DNA of 64,000 nucleotides from Hypanus sabinus (lineage: Eukaryota). The notes under the pieces were generated by a model. It saw nothing but the letters and a program-made list of their open reading frames with translations, was not told where the DNA came from and did not search any database. Every line of letters starts with the position of its first letter. Position 1 is the first letter of the stretch. The stretch is taken from NCBI RefSeq assembly GCF_030144855.1, contig NC_082706.1, positions 200,446,001 through 200,510,000 on the forward strand, read 5' to 3'. Shown one piece after another: positions 1-12,629 of the stretch. The position numbers were made by a program, and so were the translations under genes.

Positions 1-300
1 ATATACTTAAGGTGAGAGGGGGCAATTTTAAATGAGATGTGAGGGGCAAGTTTTTTAAAATATAAACACAGAGTTGCGGGTGCCGGCAATGTGCTGTCTG
101 GGGTAGGGGTAGAGGCAGAGGCAGATACATTAGGTAATTTTAAGAGATATTTAGCTAGGCACATGAATGTGAGGGGCTGATATGGACATTGTGTAAGCAG
201 AAGGAATAAGTTTAGTTGGTCATCTGATTACTAATTTAATTGGTTTGGCACAAGACTGTGGGCTGAAGGGCCTGTTCCTGTACTGAACTGTTTAATGTTC
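1..300 (+). mobile_element. CR1 LINE 3' end fragment
   Basis: gatgtgaggggcaagttttt...gggctgaagggcctgttcctgtactg, homologous to the 3' ends of other CR1 copies in the window. Confidence 0.8.
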
Positions 301-1189
301 AGTTAATAAAGCTCTCGTGTAAGCTACAATACTCGTGTTTTCTAAAATATAATTGTTGGCATAGAAAAGAATCTGCAATAAATATGGCCTTGTCTTTTCT
401 GCTCTCACTGACAAAAACAAAATTTTAAATGAATAAAGTATTACAAACTGAGCTTTGAGCATTATAAGTACCAGACCTATGAAGTATTCCTCTTCTGTTC
501 ATTCAAGACCTCTTGGAAAAAAAAGCACTTATTCATTTAAAATTAAGTGCCAGGGCATGTAAACAAATACACACTTTCACAGCCCTTTTAAGCATGAGCA
601 ATGAGCCTTATCAAATTCATTCAGTTATGTCCTCAGAACACTGTTCTATGTTCTATCATATGACAAATTTTATATCATACTTAAAGAATCAATGTCTCCC
701 CTGTAGTACAAGATGTCATATAGTCTGGAAAAGACTATAGCTTCTTAGCTTGTGGAAAAGATGAGCTGGAATTGGAAGGTCACTGCTGACACTCCAGCAA
801 GAATACAACTAAAAATACCCTAAACTCCTGATCTTAATCCACATTGCACACTGGCAAGCCTGCCAGTTATCTTCACAAATATAAGCCCATTGAGCCATAT
901 GTTTTTCTCCTTTCAGACAAGGGTTTAAAGAGTGAAAAGAATGAGCTGATGTAATTTGACACAATGAACCTCCAGCTCAGCTAATATTCTCTGTTGCTGG
1001 CAATGCGAACATTGACTGATCATCCTTCATTTCATCTCATCTGAGGCAGGAGTTGGAAATTAGTGGGTCTGGAGCACAAACAGGCAAGGATGGCCAATTA
1101 CTTTGCGTGAAACACTGACTGAACCAGATGGCTTTTTACAACAATCTCAGTTTTATGTTTACATTTGCTCCTGGGACTTCACATCTCAT

Positions 1190-1740
1190 GAATCTGATTT
1201 GAGATTTTCTTAGGAAGTGATGAAGGTTAACTAGGGCAGGACAGCGGATGGTGTCTACGTGAAGCAAACTAAAAGATGGAGAAGCTCAACAGATCGGGCA
1301 GCATCGCAGATGGAAATGGAACAATCAAAGCTTTGGGTTGAGACTCTTCATCTGTCTACGTGGACTTTAGCAAGGCTTGAAAGGTAGTCTGAAAAGTAAG
1401 ATCATAAAGGATTCAGGGTGAACTAGCAAATTGGCTTGGTAGAAGGTGGTGGTTGCAGAGAGTTGTCATTTAAATTCAAAGCCTGTGATCACTGCTGTGC
1501 CACAGGGATTGAATTCACTGTTATTTGTCACATATATTAACAATTGGGTAAGTTTGAAGATGACAACAAAATTGGTGGTATAGTGGACAGTAAAGAAGAT
1601 CAGCTAAGATTACAATGTAAATAGGACAACTGAGGAAATGACAGATGGATTGAACTCTGACAGGGCAAGGTATTGCATTCTGGGTAACTAAATGGAGGCA
1701 AGATGTGCACAGTAAATAGTAGGACCCTGCAGTGTTGTAC
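1190..1740 (+). mobile_element. Decayed CR1 RT fragment interrupted by a PLE-derived insertion
   Basis: VYVDFSKA-like coding (gtctacgtggactttagcaaggc) and FEDDNKIGG remnants. Confidence 0.7.
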
Positions 1741-1741
1741 A

Positions 1742-3045
1742 TAGAAATCTATAGCACATTACAGGTCTTTTGGCCCACAATATTGTGCTGACGACATAAT
1801 CTACTCTAGAAACTGCCTAGAATTTCCCTACCATATAGCCCTCTTTTACGAAGCTCCATGTACCCAAGAGTCTTTTGTATCCTACTGTATCTGTCTCTAC
1901 CACTGTTGCTGGCAGTGCATTCTGTGAAAAACTTGCCACTGACATTCCACCCTGGACCTACTTCCAAGTGTCTTAAAACTATGTCCCTTGTGTTATCCAT
2001 TTCAGCCCTGGGAAAAAGCTTTGGTCAACCATGTGATCATCTTATATACCTCTATCAGGTCACCTCTCAGCGTCCGTCATTCCAAGGAGAAAAGGACAAG
2101 TTCACTCAACGTATTCTCATAAGGCACGCTCTCCAATCCATGTAACATTCTTGTAAATCTCCTGTGCATTCTTTCTATACTATCCACCTTCTTCCTGCAG
2201 TGAGGTGACCAGAACTGAACACAGTACTCCAAGTGGTGTTTGATCAAGGTCTTATATAGCTGTAACATTACCTCAAAGCCCTTGAACTCAATCCGATGGT
2301 TGATGAATGCCAACACACCATACACCTTCTTAACAACACTGTCGACCTGTGCAGCAGCCTTGAGTGCCCTATAGACATGGACCCCAAGATCTCTCCGATC
2401 CTCCACACTGCCAAGAGTCTTACCATTAATACTATATTCTGTCTTCAAATTTGATCTATCAAAATGAACCACCTCACACTTACCTGGGTTGAACTCCATC
2501 TGCCACTTCTCAGCCCAGTTTTGCATCCTATCAATGTCGCACTGTAACCTCTGACAGCACCTCCACACTATCCACAACACCCCCAACATTTGTGTCAGTA
2601 AATTTACTAACCCACCCCTCCACTTCCTCATCCAGGTCATTTATAAAAATCATAAAGAGTAAGGATCCCAGAACAGATCCCTGAGTCACGACCTCCATGC
2701 AGAATATGACCCATCTACAAATACTCTTTGCCTTCATTGGGCAAGCCAATTCTGGATCCACAAAGCAATGTCCCCTTGGATTCGATGTGTCCTTACTTTC
2801 TGAAGGAGCCTTGCATGGGGAACCTTATCAAACGTCTTACTGAAATCCATAAACACTACATCCACTGCTCTACCTTCAACGTGTTTTGCTACATTCTCAA
2901 AGAATTACATTTGGTTCATAAGGCATGGCCTGCCCTTGACAAAGCCATGCTGACTATCCCTAATCAGATTATGTCTCCCCAAATGCTCATAAATCCTGCC
3001 TCTCAGGATCTTCTCCAACAACTTACCCACTGCTGAAAACTCACT
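1742..3045 (-). mobile_element. 5'-truncated CR1 LINE (RT plus 3' UTR), frameshifted
   Basis: ORFs 2077..2640 and 2531..2761 give QGSVLG, WAEKWQMEFN.GKCEV and LEYCVQFWSP motifs. Confidence 0.9.
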
Positions 3046-3971
3046 CTTCTAGAATAGAGACCCAATGGTACAGGCACATAATAACTGGAAAGTAGTGACA
3101 CAACAGGGCAATGAAGATCTTGTTCAGCACATTTACTAACATCAATCTGGACAATAAGAGCAGAATTGGGGATGGCATGTTGCATTCTGTCCAAAGTTAC
3201 CTTTGGTGATCTTCAACACAATAACCAAATACTTAATGAAAAGATTTATCACTTTAAAATGGTCCACCCAGCCCAATTATTTGCACTTTGAGAGAAATAA
3301 TCAGCAGACTCCTGTTCATTTTGCTCCCTTCATTACAGAATGACAGGATTTAAAAAAAAAAGTCGAAATGATTCTTACCCTAACAACATTTCTATAACAT
3401 AGTTTCTTGGATTGTTTCATAGGAAAGATTTCCAAATAAAACAAAAGCCACACTAGAGATTTCAGAACTGGTGCACTTTTTGCCTACAGGAGTTTTTCAA
3501 CACTCTAAAATGCTCAGTAAATAGTCGCTGGACAGGCTGAAGAGCCCAAAGAGGTGTACTTATTGCTAATATTTATCACAGCATGCAACAGTTGTACATT
3601 ATAACAGCTAAATGTACATCACCCCAACTTGGAAATGCATCTCATTTCTTCATCTTCATGGTGTCTTACTCTCAATCGCCCTACCCAATGTCATTGTGAG
3701 AGAACATTCACCCAAAGGACTGCAGCAATTCAGGAAGGGTGGGCAATAAAAGCTTTTAAAGTCTCTACTACTTATGTTCTCTTTTTTCACTGATTCCAAT
3801 TTGAATAGCCGCAAGAAAACGAATCTCAAGGTAGTAGGGATATGGTGACATATACAGTACTTACTTCGATAATAAATTTACTTTGAACTTTGCCTCACTA
3901 GCCAATGCCTGAAAAATAAAGACATCCAGGCTAGAAATTTGATTTTCTGTTTGAGGGTACAGAATTTGGAG

Positions 3972-4268
3972 TGGCACAGTAGCATCGTGGTTATCGCAAT
4001 CGCTTTACAGCACCAGCGATCATCAACGGGGATTGATTCCTGCTACTGTCTGTAAGAAGGTGTAATCACACTGTGACCATGTGGGTTTCTTCTCTCATTT
4101 CCAAGATGTACGAGTTGGGTTTAGTGCGTTGTGGCATGCTATGATGGCATGGGGAGTGTGGCAACACTAGCAGGCTGCCCCAGCACAATTCTCAGAGAGC
4201 TGGTCACTGATACAAAATGGCGTGCTTCATTGTATGTTTTGATATACATGTAACAAATAAAGCTAATC
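3972..4268 (+). mobile_element. tRNA-derived V-domain SINE (HE1-like)
   Basis: tRNA-like head ggcacagtagcatcgtggtta..., V-domain remnant gtgaccatgtgggtttc, tail tgtaacaaataaagctaatc. Confidence 0.7.
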
Positions 4269-4538
4269 TCATCAGAATCAAATATTTTTATAGCATCACT
4301 GTTTTTAACCAATTCACTTGATATTGCATAAATTAAGTGAGTCACAGGTTCGTCATCATCAGTTAAAGTCCTCAGTAAATGATTCCATGGCCGTTACACA
4401 AACTATAGAAGAGTGACCCACTCCGAACAGGTATCACAAAAAAGTTGTCAAAGTTTCTTTTGAAAAAAATCTTTAAATTTGCATTGAAGATTCTAACTTC
4501 TAAGAAAACAGCTCAGAATTCTGACCACAAACTATACA

Positions 4539-5084
4539 CACTCAGTACCTCCTGTACCTAACTGAGCATATGTTGACGGTCTTCAGCTGTTCTATCTGAT
4601 CCACTTCAAGATTTGGTGTGTTGTGCGTTCAGAGATGCTATTCTGCACGCTGCTGCTGTAATGCCCGGTATTTGATTTCCTGTTGCCTTCTTGCTTGAAC
4701 CAGTCTTGTCATTCTCCTACGACCTCTCTTATTATTAAGGTGTTTTTGCCCACAGAGCTACTTCTCACTGGATTTTTTTGTTTTTCGCATTATTCTTTAG
4801 CATTACTTTTATCGCATAAACTTTTTATAAACTGTTGTGTGTGAAAACCCCAGGAGATCAACAGTTTCTAAGATACTCAAACCTCCCCGTCAGGCACCAA
4901 CAATCATTCCATGGTCAAAGCCACTTACATCACATTTCTTCCCCATTTTGCTGGTTGGTCTGAACAACAACTGAAGCACCTGATCATCTCTGCATGTTTT
5001 TATCTACTAAGTTGTTGCCACATAATTGCTGATTAAATATTTGCATTACTAAACAGGTGTACCTAATAGTAAGGCCAATGAATG
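4539..5084 (-). mobile_element. Tc1 internal-deletion derivative (copy 1)
   Basis: Degenerate TIRs cactcagt... / ...gtacctaatagtaaggccaatgaatg, followed by TA. Minus strand encodes a decayed Tc1 transposase N-terminus (MGKKCD..DFD.GMIVGA). Confidence 0.75.
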
Positions 5085-5467
5085 TATAATTTCCTCAAAG
5101 GTCACTAATGGTTAATTTTCTGTAAGCTCTCGATCATTATTGTACATTCACTCTATATTACTGGCCAGTCAAGCTGCTGTGTCATTAAGCCAAAGACACA
5201 AACTCCGATTTTGCAATCCATCACAGATACAAATAAGTATCATCTCATTCTTTTTGAAAACATCAGGCCATACAAAACAGAAATTTAAAATATAAATTTA
5301 AAAATATACAAAATATGAATTTTGGTTATTGTTGATAAATCTATTATCATGATAACCAAGCTTAAATTGTTCAAAAGATTCTGATGCTTGGATGTATTTT
5401 TCTTCCCCATCAAAATTACTGCCAAATCATCTCCATCTGTCAATTCAGAGTGCAATGTATATTGAAG

Positions 5468-5471
<4 letters not shown>

Positions 5472-5511
<40 letters not shown>
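5472..5511. repeat. (TG)20 microsatellite followed by CGCGC
   Basis: Read directly from the sequence. Confidence 0.98.
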
Positions 5512-5518
<7 letters not shown>

Positions 5519-5542
5519 CATGAAGACTGCAAGCAAACTTAC

Positions 5543-5638
5543 TTTATTTTCTCCTTCAATTACTAGTATAGGTACTGTAGTTGAGGGCCAACGGTGCTTG
5601 GCTGGTAAGGGTTTGTCACAGTCCCATAAAACAATAAC
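5543..5638 (-). CDS. EXT1: EXT1-family exon 7
   Basis: ttttcag|GTT...AAA|gtaagt. 96 bp, [32 protein letters not shown]. Confidence 0.95.
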
Positions 5639-6189
5639 CTGAAAACAACCAATAATAGTTAGGCACAGAATTTACACTGATGCTAATCTCAGGGCAATTA
5701 AAATACATTTCATAAATTAAAATATCATTACTTATTCCAAAATAACGTCATATATTTTAATCTTGGAATATATCTGTTTTTCATACAATACAGATTTTGA
5801 CAAGTTTTGTGATCCTAAACTAAATGGCATGTTTATTGGAAATATCACTATTTCAAAAGAAGGAACTGAATAAAAACAATAGAAATGTGTTTTCTAAGTC
5901 TGCAATTACAGCCAGAAATAAAAGCTTTTCAAGTTTACAGATGCAGTGAGATATGGAGGAACATTGTTTTATTATAGTAATGTCTCTGACTTTATTAATA
6001 ATTTACACAACAGAAACTGCTTTTATTCACTGGGCAGCCAAAGTACACTAAATAAAATCATGTAGGTTTGATTGTTAATCTGTGCTCAGTTAGTAATTTC
6101 AATTTCTGTCACTGTAGGAGCAATGTGATTGTGATCAGCTCACGGGGCAGAAGGAGGGAAGAAGTCTATATACATTCCAATATCTGGTA

Positions 6190-6970
6190 GTTATAAGACC
6201 CTTAGGCATAGAAGACCCACCTGGCCCACTGAGTCTGCTCCAGCATTCATTCTTAGCTGATTTTTTTCCCCAATCCTATTCATCTGCATTCTCTCGGTAA
6301 CCCTTAATCCTCTAACTTGTCAAGAACCAATCAGCCTTAAATATACCCAATAACCTGGCTTCCAAAGCTCACTGTGTCAATGAATTCTACAGATTCTCCT
6401 CCACCTTCTGGCTGAAGAAATTCCTCTCCGCAGTTTGAAAGGGACATCACCTGATCCAAGGTTCTTCTACCAATGGAAACATCCTATCAACACCCAGTTG
6501 ATCTAGGTCTTTCAGTGTTCAGTAGATTATCTTAACTATGCTTTGACTATGTTATGACCATTAGACCATAAGAAATAGGAGCAGAATTAGGTTATTTTCC
6601 CTAATTGAATCTGCATTTCTTCATGGCTGATTTATTTTCCTCTTAGCCCCAATCTCTTGCCTTCTCCCTGTAACTCCTCATATCCTAATGAAGAAGCTAT
6701 CAACTTCTGCCTTAAATAAACTCAATGAGTTGGCTTCAATAACCACTGGTGGAAATAAATTCCAGATTCACCACCCTCTGGCAGAAAAAATTACTCCTAA
6801 TCTCCATTTATAAATGGAAGTCCCTCTATTCTAACTAAGGCTGTGCCCTCTGGTCTTAGACTCCCCTACCATAGGAAACATTCTCTCCACATTCATTCTA
6901 TCAAGGCCTTTCAAGCATTAAACAGGTTTCAATGAGATTCCACCACCTCCACTTTCTTCTAAATTCCAGT
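6190..6970 (-). mobile_element. Two adjacent CR1 3'-end fragments
   Basis: Reverse-complement CR1 tails (agaccataagaaataggagcagaattagg; ccagattcaccaccctctgg). Confidence 0.75.
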
Positions 6971-7190
6971 TAAGGCAAAAAGAACAACTGCAGTCAAACT
7001 AAAGCTTGTCATTAAAACTGACATTGATAGTAGCCTAAGACGAGCTTTCCATCGGCTGCTACTATTTGTAGGACTACAGCCTAACCACACAATACTTGCA
7101 GAGACACGAACCACAGCTCCCCATCTCCAATCTTGAATGACAATGTAAACTATGTAATTGCTAAATTGAATGGAGAAATGGACAGCCTAC

Positions 7191-7309
7191 CTGGGCACAA
7201 TATTGACTCTTAGTTACTGCCAGCAGGAGCTTTAATATCGGCTGTGACTGCGAAACCAGCGGAGTCACTGCATGGATAATGGCAGTAAACTTTGTTGAAG
7301 GCATTATAC
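7191..7309 (-). CDS. EXT1: EXT1-family exon 6 (start of GT64 domain)
   Basis: gtttcag|GT ATA...CAG|gtaggc. 119 bp, (G)[39 protein letters not shown]. Phase continues from exon 5. Confidence 0.95.
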
Positions 7310-7774
7310 CTGAAACAAAAAAATCAGAGAAGCTATAAAAAACAGAAGCTAAAAACAACTAGAGAGGATGACTATAACAACATTAAACCTTGTAACTGAA
7401 ACTTGGCTTTCCGTATTAGGAAATCCAACACCACCAGACTCGGAATTGCTGGAGTGGGTAAGTTTATATTTGCTCTGTAGCTTTTCTCTTCAACCTTTAG
7501 CTTGAAATCTTTTCTCCACTGCAAATTGTTGGTACTGTGATTTGATAATGATATGGAAAGATCAATGTGGTATCTGATGTCTTGGTGAATGGATCAAAAT
7601 GGTTATATCTTGTTGGATAAAACAAGGTCAGAAAAGCCAAAGAAGCAAATAAGGGTTGTATGAAATACAGGGCAAGTAGAATTAAAATGTTTGCAAGTAG
7701 AATGCAAACATTGCAACAGATGGAAAGAATATTAAACACAGGAATATACTATTGCCATTAAACATCTATTCCTT

Positions 7775-8115
7775 TTAGAGTCAGAGCATTACAGCACAGA
7801 AACAAGCCCTTTGGCCCATCTAGTCAATGCAGAACTATTATTCTACTTAGTCCCATCAACCTCCACTCACACCATAACCCTTCATATCTATCCTATCTGT
7901 GTATTATCCAAATTACTCCTAAGTGTTGCAATCAAACCCACATCCACTACTACTGCTGGCAGCTCGTTCCACTCTCTTATCACCAGTGAAGTTCCCTCTT
8001 CGGTTCTCCTTAAATAATTCACCTTTCTTCTTTAATCTATGACCTCCAGTTCTAGTCTCACTCAACTTCAATGGAAAAATACTTGTATTAATCCTATCTA
8101 TACCCCCCATAGTTT
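7775..8115 (-). mobile_element. CR1 3'-end fragment
   Basis: ORF 7919..8110 GIDRIN..IFPL...TRTGGHRLK matches the CR1 ORF2 C-terminus. Confidence 0.75.
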
Positions 8116-8681
8116 GTATTTCTGGTCAGATTAGGCTAAGAAACATTGTAAAAACACAAGTCAGGTCATTGAGTATTCAAAGACTTGAGCTCTAACTTTA
8201 CAGCAAATTTGCAGTTAAAGCACAGGTGAAGAAACCTCTAGGAGGCTGAGTAAAGTTGATGGAGAAGTTCTCCTCTTATGAAGCGAACAGTACAAGAGTA
8301 CAAACTGACCAGCAATTGCTGATTTTACTATTCACAGGGCAACTCTTCCTCATTTCAAACTGCTGCATGATTTATGCTCTAATAAAATGTGCCATATACT
8401 CAATAATTCTCAATAAATACAAATCTGATAGACAAAAAAGACTCATTCCAGAAATAATCTGAACACCAATCAACTTTGCATTCCTGTCATTACAGACTTG
8501 CACCTGTAATGTTTGAATGCATTCATTGTATTTTCTTAAACCATTTTTGTCTGTGGCCATCCTAAAACATCAGAAGTGAGTAAAGACCAAGGATCGCTTC
8601 TCTGGTATTTCTCCATTCATAAAATACCTCTGCAACCACATCAATAGATTACCAATGAATTATAAGATTGCATTAGAGATA

Positions 8682-9203
8682 CAGGTTTCCCCTGCTATCT
8701 GAAGGTAGAGCGTTCCTATGAAACCTTTCGTAAGCCGAAATGGTGTAAAGCGAAGAAGCAATTACCATTAATAGCAATGGGAAAAAATTTTGAGCATTCC
8801 CAGACCCAAAAATAACCTACCAAATCATACCAAATAACACATAAAAACTAAAATAACACAAACATATAGTAAAAGCAGGAATGATATGATAAATATACAG
8901 CCTATATAAAGTAGAAACATTGTATGCATAGTGTAGTTTCATTTATCAGAATCGGGAAGAGCAAGCCAAAACCCATTTGGAGAGAAAAATAAAATCAGCA
9001 CATACACGCATACACGCACAACTGCCCGCACAAGGCTTCATGGTCATTGTAGTCTTTCTCGAGGTAAACACATGTATAAAGCAGGTGTCTTTTTTTTTGT
9101 AAAAGTGAAAATCCTCTTTGGTTAGCGAAAACAGGTACTAATGTAGATCTTTCGTAACAGTGAGCTGTCGTAAAGTGAACGTTCGAAAAACAGGGTCCAC
9201 CTG
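8682..9203. mobile_element. Tigger/pogo-type MITE, MER82-like
   Basis: TA at 8680-8681 and 9204-9205. Imperfect TIRs CAGGTTTCCCCTGCTATCTGAA / TTCGAAAAACAGGGTCCACCTG. Confidence 0.8.
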
Positions 9204-9422
9204 TACTTGCAAGCCCTTTTACTTGAATGCCCTTTTAGCCCTTGAATGGAAATAGTTTAACATCCAGGTTCCAGGTTATTCTGAGAAGTTAATTTATGAC
9301 CAACAAAGTTTGTAACGTACACTTGCTATTATTTTTTTACACAAGTATTGAAATATACAAAGGATTAACAATGTACAGTATTGATATCTGATCATGATGT
9401 ACAAATTTAAATGATTACTTAC

Positions 9423-9555
9423 CTAGATAAGAATAATAAAAAGGAAAATCTCCTAGATAGGTTGAATACTGTGGCTGACTGAATAATCCTCCTGGAGGTT
9501 TATTCCAAATTAAGCCATTGCGAGACATATGGTTAAAAATTCTGTCTTGAATTAT
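9423..9555 (-). CDS. EXT1: EXT1-family exon 5
   Basis: tttacag|ATA...CTA G|gtaagt. 133 bp, [44 protein letters not shown](G). Confidence 0.95.
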
Positions 9556-10154
9556 CTGTAAAAGAATATATATTATTAGCAATACCAATGTCTTCCTACT
9601 GCAAAGGATGAATCTTCAGGTGACATATCCAATGCATGAGTAACTGCTCTCTGCTCAGTTCCCCATTCGTCCAGTTTCTTAATCTGTTCCACCATAATAA
9701 ATATTTGAACACTGCGTGAAGATACAACTATTGTCATGAATGTGTATTATAAAATCTACAGGGCTTCCCAGATATACAAAGGAAAAAAATTAGATTAAGT
9801 GAAAACTCAAACCAAAATGACATTTCATGTTATTTTCAGTTCTGCAGCAGATGTCAGAAATCTGTCATAAAACTTCACTATCTTGAAAATATACCAACAT
9901 AAGTTTTTGAAATAAATATTAATAACATTTCATTGTTTTGAATGAGCAATAAAAGTATACAGAATATTCTGCATCCTTTCATGCTATGTTATGTAAAATA
10001 CAAGTTATAGAGGAGTTTTAACAAGATGGATATATCCTTTTGCAGGAGAACCTAGAAACTGTCCCTATCTTCACCAGCTTCAATTTCCAGGTGTGAACAT
10101 CTGTTTCAGTCCAACCACGTTGGTGTCAGACCCAAGAGAGGTTCTACTAGAAAC

Positions 10155-11975
10155 TGTAGGTTTCTACAGTTATATTAAAAGCAAGAGGACAGTGAGGGAT
10201 AAAATTGGCCCCTTAGAGAATCAGAGTGGTCAGCTATGTGTGGAACCGAAGGAGATGGGAGAGATTTTGAATGATTTCTTCTCTTCGGTATTCACTAAGG
10301 AGAAGGATATTGAATTGTCTAAGGTGTGGGAAACAAGTAAGGAAGTTATGGAACCTATGACAATTAAAGAGGTGGAGGTACTGGCGCTTTTAAGAAATTT
10401 AAAAGTGGATAAATGTCCGGGTCCTGACAGGATATTCCCCAGGACCTTGAGGGAAGTTTGTGTAGAAATAGCAGGAGCTCTGACGGAGATCTTTAATATG
10501 TCATTAGAAACGGGGATTGTGCCGGAGGATTGGCGTATTGCTCATGTGGTTCCATTGTTTAAAAAGGGTTCTAGAAGGAAGCCTAGCAATTATAGACCTG
10601 TCAGTTTGACATCAGTGGTGGGTAAATTAATGGAAAGTATTCTTAGAGATAGTATTTATAATTACCTGGATAGACGGGATCTGATTAGAAGTAGCCAGCA
10701 TGGATTTGTGTGTGGAAGGTCATGTTTGACAAACCTTATTGAATTTTTTGAAGAAGTTACGAGGAATTTTGAAGAGGGTAAGGCAGTGGATGTAGTCTAT
10801 ATGGACTTCAGCAAAGCCTTTGACAAAGTTCCACATGGAAGGTTAGTTAAGAAGGTTCAGTCGTTAGGTATTAATGCTGGAGTAATAAAATGGATTCAAC
10901 AGTGGCTAGATGGGAGATGCCAGAGAGTAGTGGTGGATAATTGTTTATCGGGATGGAGGCCGGTGACTAGCGGGGTGCCTCAGGGATCTGTTTTGGGCCC
11001 AATGTTGTTTGTAATATACATAAATGATCTGGATGATGGGGTGGTAAATTGGATTAGTAAGTATGCCGATTATACAAAGGTAGGAGGTGTTGTGGATAAT
11101 GAGGTGGATTTTCAAAGCTTGCAGGGAGATTCATGCCGGTTAGAAGAATGGGCTGAACGTTGGCAGATGGAGTTTAATGCTGAGAAGTGTGAGGTTCTAC
11201 ATTTTGGCAGGAATAATCCAAATAGAACATACAGAGTAAATGGTAGGGTATTGAGGAATGCAGAGGAACAGAGAGATCTAGGAATAACTGTGCATAGTTC
11301 CCTGAAAGTGGAGTCTCATGTAGATAGGGTGGTGAAGAGGGCTTTTGGAACGCTGGCCTTTATAAATCAAAGCATTGAGTACAGAAGTTGGGATGTAATG
11401 CTAAAGTTGTACAAAGCATTGGTAAGGCCAAATTTGGAATATTGTGCGCAGTTCTGGTCACCGAATTATAGGAAAGATATCAATAAATTAGAGAGAGTGC
11501 AGAGACGATTTACTAGGATGTTACCTGGGTTTCAGCAATTAAGTTACAGAGAAAGGTTGAACAAGTTAGGTCTCTATTCATTGGAGCGTAGAAGGTTGAG
11601 GGGGGATTTGATCGAGGTTTTTAAAATTTTGAGAGGGATAGATAGAGTTGACGTGAACAGGCTGTTTCCATTGAGAGTAGGGGAGATTCAAACTAGAGGA
11701 CATGATTTGAGAGTTAGGGGGCAGAAGTTTAAGGGAAACACGAGGGGGTATTTCTTTACTCAAAGAGTGATAGCTGTGTGGAATGAGCTTCCTGTAGAAG
11801 TAGTAGAGGCCAGTTCAGTTGTGTCATTTAAGGTAAAATTGGATAGGTATATGGACAGGAAAGGAGTGGAGGGTTATGGGTTGAGTGCGGGTAGGTGGGA
11901 CTAGGTGAGATTAAGGGTTCGGCACGGACTAGGAGGGCCAAGATGGCCTGTTTCCGTGCTGTGATTGTCATATGG
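10155..11975 (+). mobile_element. Young 5'-truncated CR1 LINE with an uninterrupted ORF2 RT region, antisense to EXT1 in intron 4
   Basis: ORF 10093..11904 has PGPD, NYRPVSLTSVVGKLME, QHGF, YMDFSKAFDKVPH, GVPQGSVLGP and YADY. No APE domain. CR1 3' UTR ends near 11975. Confidence 0.95.
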
Positions 11976-12629
11976 TTACTTCCTCATCCTGAGAAGTGCA
12001 CAAGAGCATCTTCATCCAAAAACATCATGCTCATCTATAATAAATGCTGATTTAGTGATGATTTTCCTTAATGACTTTAGCTTCTGTGAAAAATCTTTCA
12101 CTGCCAAAATAACTGCAGAATTATACCTAATGTGCAAGTGTTTAAACTCCTCGAAAAACATGAATCAGTCATGGCTAGCCTTGAATTTATTGCAAACAAA
12201 AATCTGCAGATGCCGGAAATCCAAGCAACACACAAAATGCTGGAGGAACTCAGCAGGCCAGGCAGCATCTATGGAAAAAAGTACATTTAATGTTTTGGGT
12301 CTATCCTTTTGAATTTCTCGCAACATTTTGTGTGCGTTGCTTGAATCTATTGGATCTTTCAAAGAATTCATCCCTCACCACATATTCTTTTAAGTTTTGC
12401 CATGAGGATCATGCACTTTTCTAAATCACTCTCAAGGGTGCATGCCACTGATTGCAATTCGATAACCTCATACTTACATCTCTTCCTTTAACTGTTCATA
12501 TATCTACAGAAAAATGGAGATTTTTCTAGAAAAGTAAGATCCCTCACTATGCTTCTAGTCTACACTTTAGGGATTTACTTCCGTTGTTGTTGTCACTTTC
12601 AAGCATGTGTAGACTACACTACTATAGAT

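Noticed and set aside
3972-4050. SINE heads as tRNA genes
   Set aside because: They are degenerate, do not form a full cloverleaf, and run directly into V-domain and SINE tail sequence.
1-5542. EXT1 exon 8 (VMSSRFLPYD...-like)
   Set aside because: I found no matching minus-strand sequence with splice sites. It probably lies left of the window.
10052-10157. ctagaaactgt direct repeat near the CR1 5' junction as its TSD
   Set aside because: Both copies are on the same side of the element and there is no match at the 3' junction.
10093-11904. 603-aa ORF as a novel host gene or a retron-like RT system
   Set aside because: It is CR1 ORF2 with a CR1 3' UTR and a decayed sister copy at 50429-51356. 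The start codon comes from flanking DNA.
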